A program made the translations under genes and the position numbers. A DNA stretch of 54,217 nt from a virus (lineage: Duplodnaviria > Caudoviricetes), in the IMG/VR virus record IMGVR_UViG_3300031965_000040, positions 1-54,217 of that record, one strand, 5' to 3'. Positions 54,046 to 54,217 of the stretch are shown here, in pieces; the stretch's first letter is position 1, and the number at the start of each line of letters is the position of its first letter. The notes below the pieces were generated by a model. That model worked only from the letters and a program-made list of their open reading frames with translations, was not told where the DNA came from and ran no database searches.

Positions 54046-54217
54046 CGCATCTCGAGCACGAGATCAACGGTTGCCCCCCGCCGCCAGTCATAGGCCCGCG
54101 CCCAGGCGCCGAGTGGGTGACGGTCTCGCAGGCTTACTGGATGCTGGGTCGTCAAACGCTGGTGGGCGGCCTGGGGCCGTTCAAGCCGCTCACTCACGTC
54201 AAGTGCGCCCGGACTCC
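54046..54217 (+). repeat. Terminal direct repeat, right copy (matches 1-172)
   Basis: Direct sequence comparison; indicates a circular or terminally redundant contig. Confidence 0.97.

Larger units (their letters stand above)
1..54217. mobile_element. Complete temperate podovirus-like bacteriophage genome (excised/circular form, intact attP)
   Basis: Full set of phage modules, terminal 172-bp repeat, a gene spanning the ends, attP in the interior next to the integrase, no host housekeeping genes. Confidence 0.95.

Noticed and set aside
1-54217. Stop-codon reassignment
   Set aside because: Conserved genes are full length under the standard code and all three stop codons end genes

Overview
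The window looks like a complete, circularly permuted ~54 kb temperate phage genome. Its ends share a 172-bp direct repeat with 3 mismatches, and one gene runs across the junction. It combines a lambdoid control and replication region (cI/cro switch with operators, O/P-like replication genes, Q-like antiterminator, RecT/YqaJ recombination, tyrosine integrase plus excisionase, attP in the 3' half of tRNA-Leu(TAA)) with a podovirus-type (T7/BPP-1-like) virion module (terminase, portal, scaffold, capsid, tail tube A/B, three ejection proteins, tailspike) and an NlpC/P60 lysin-holin-spanin cassette. The spanins point to a Gram-negative host, probably a high-GC proteobacterium. The most unusual features are: (1) late fibre/decoration-type proteins, including the tailspike itself, that carry apparent cleavable signal peptides, with even Cys counts (4-16; none in the tailspike) and often Gln at +1, suggesting export and periplasmic maturation of virion appendages; (2) a full-length mitochondrial-type BCS1 AAA ATPase; (3) an ART-like module inserted in the giant ejection protein, plus an orphan Xre/MbcA/ParS-type antitoxin domain; (4) an MT-A70 methyltransferase coupled to a PD-(D/E)xK-like protein. 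All family assignments come from motif recognition by eye; no searches were run.
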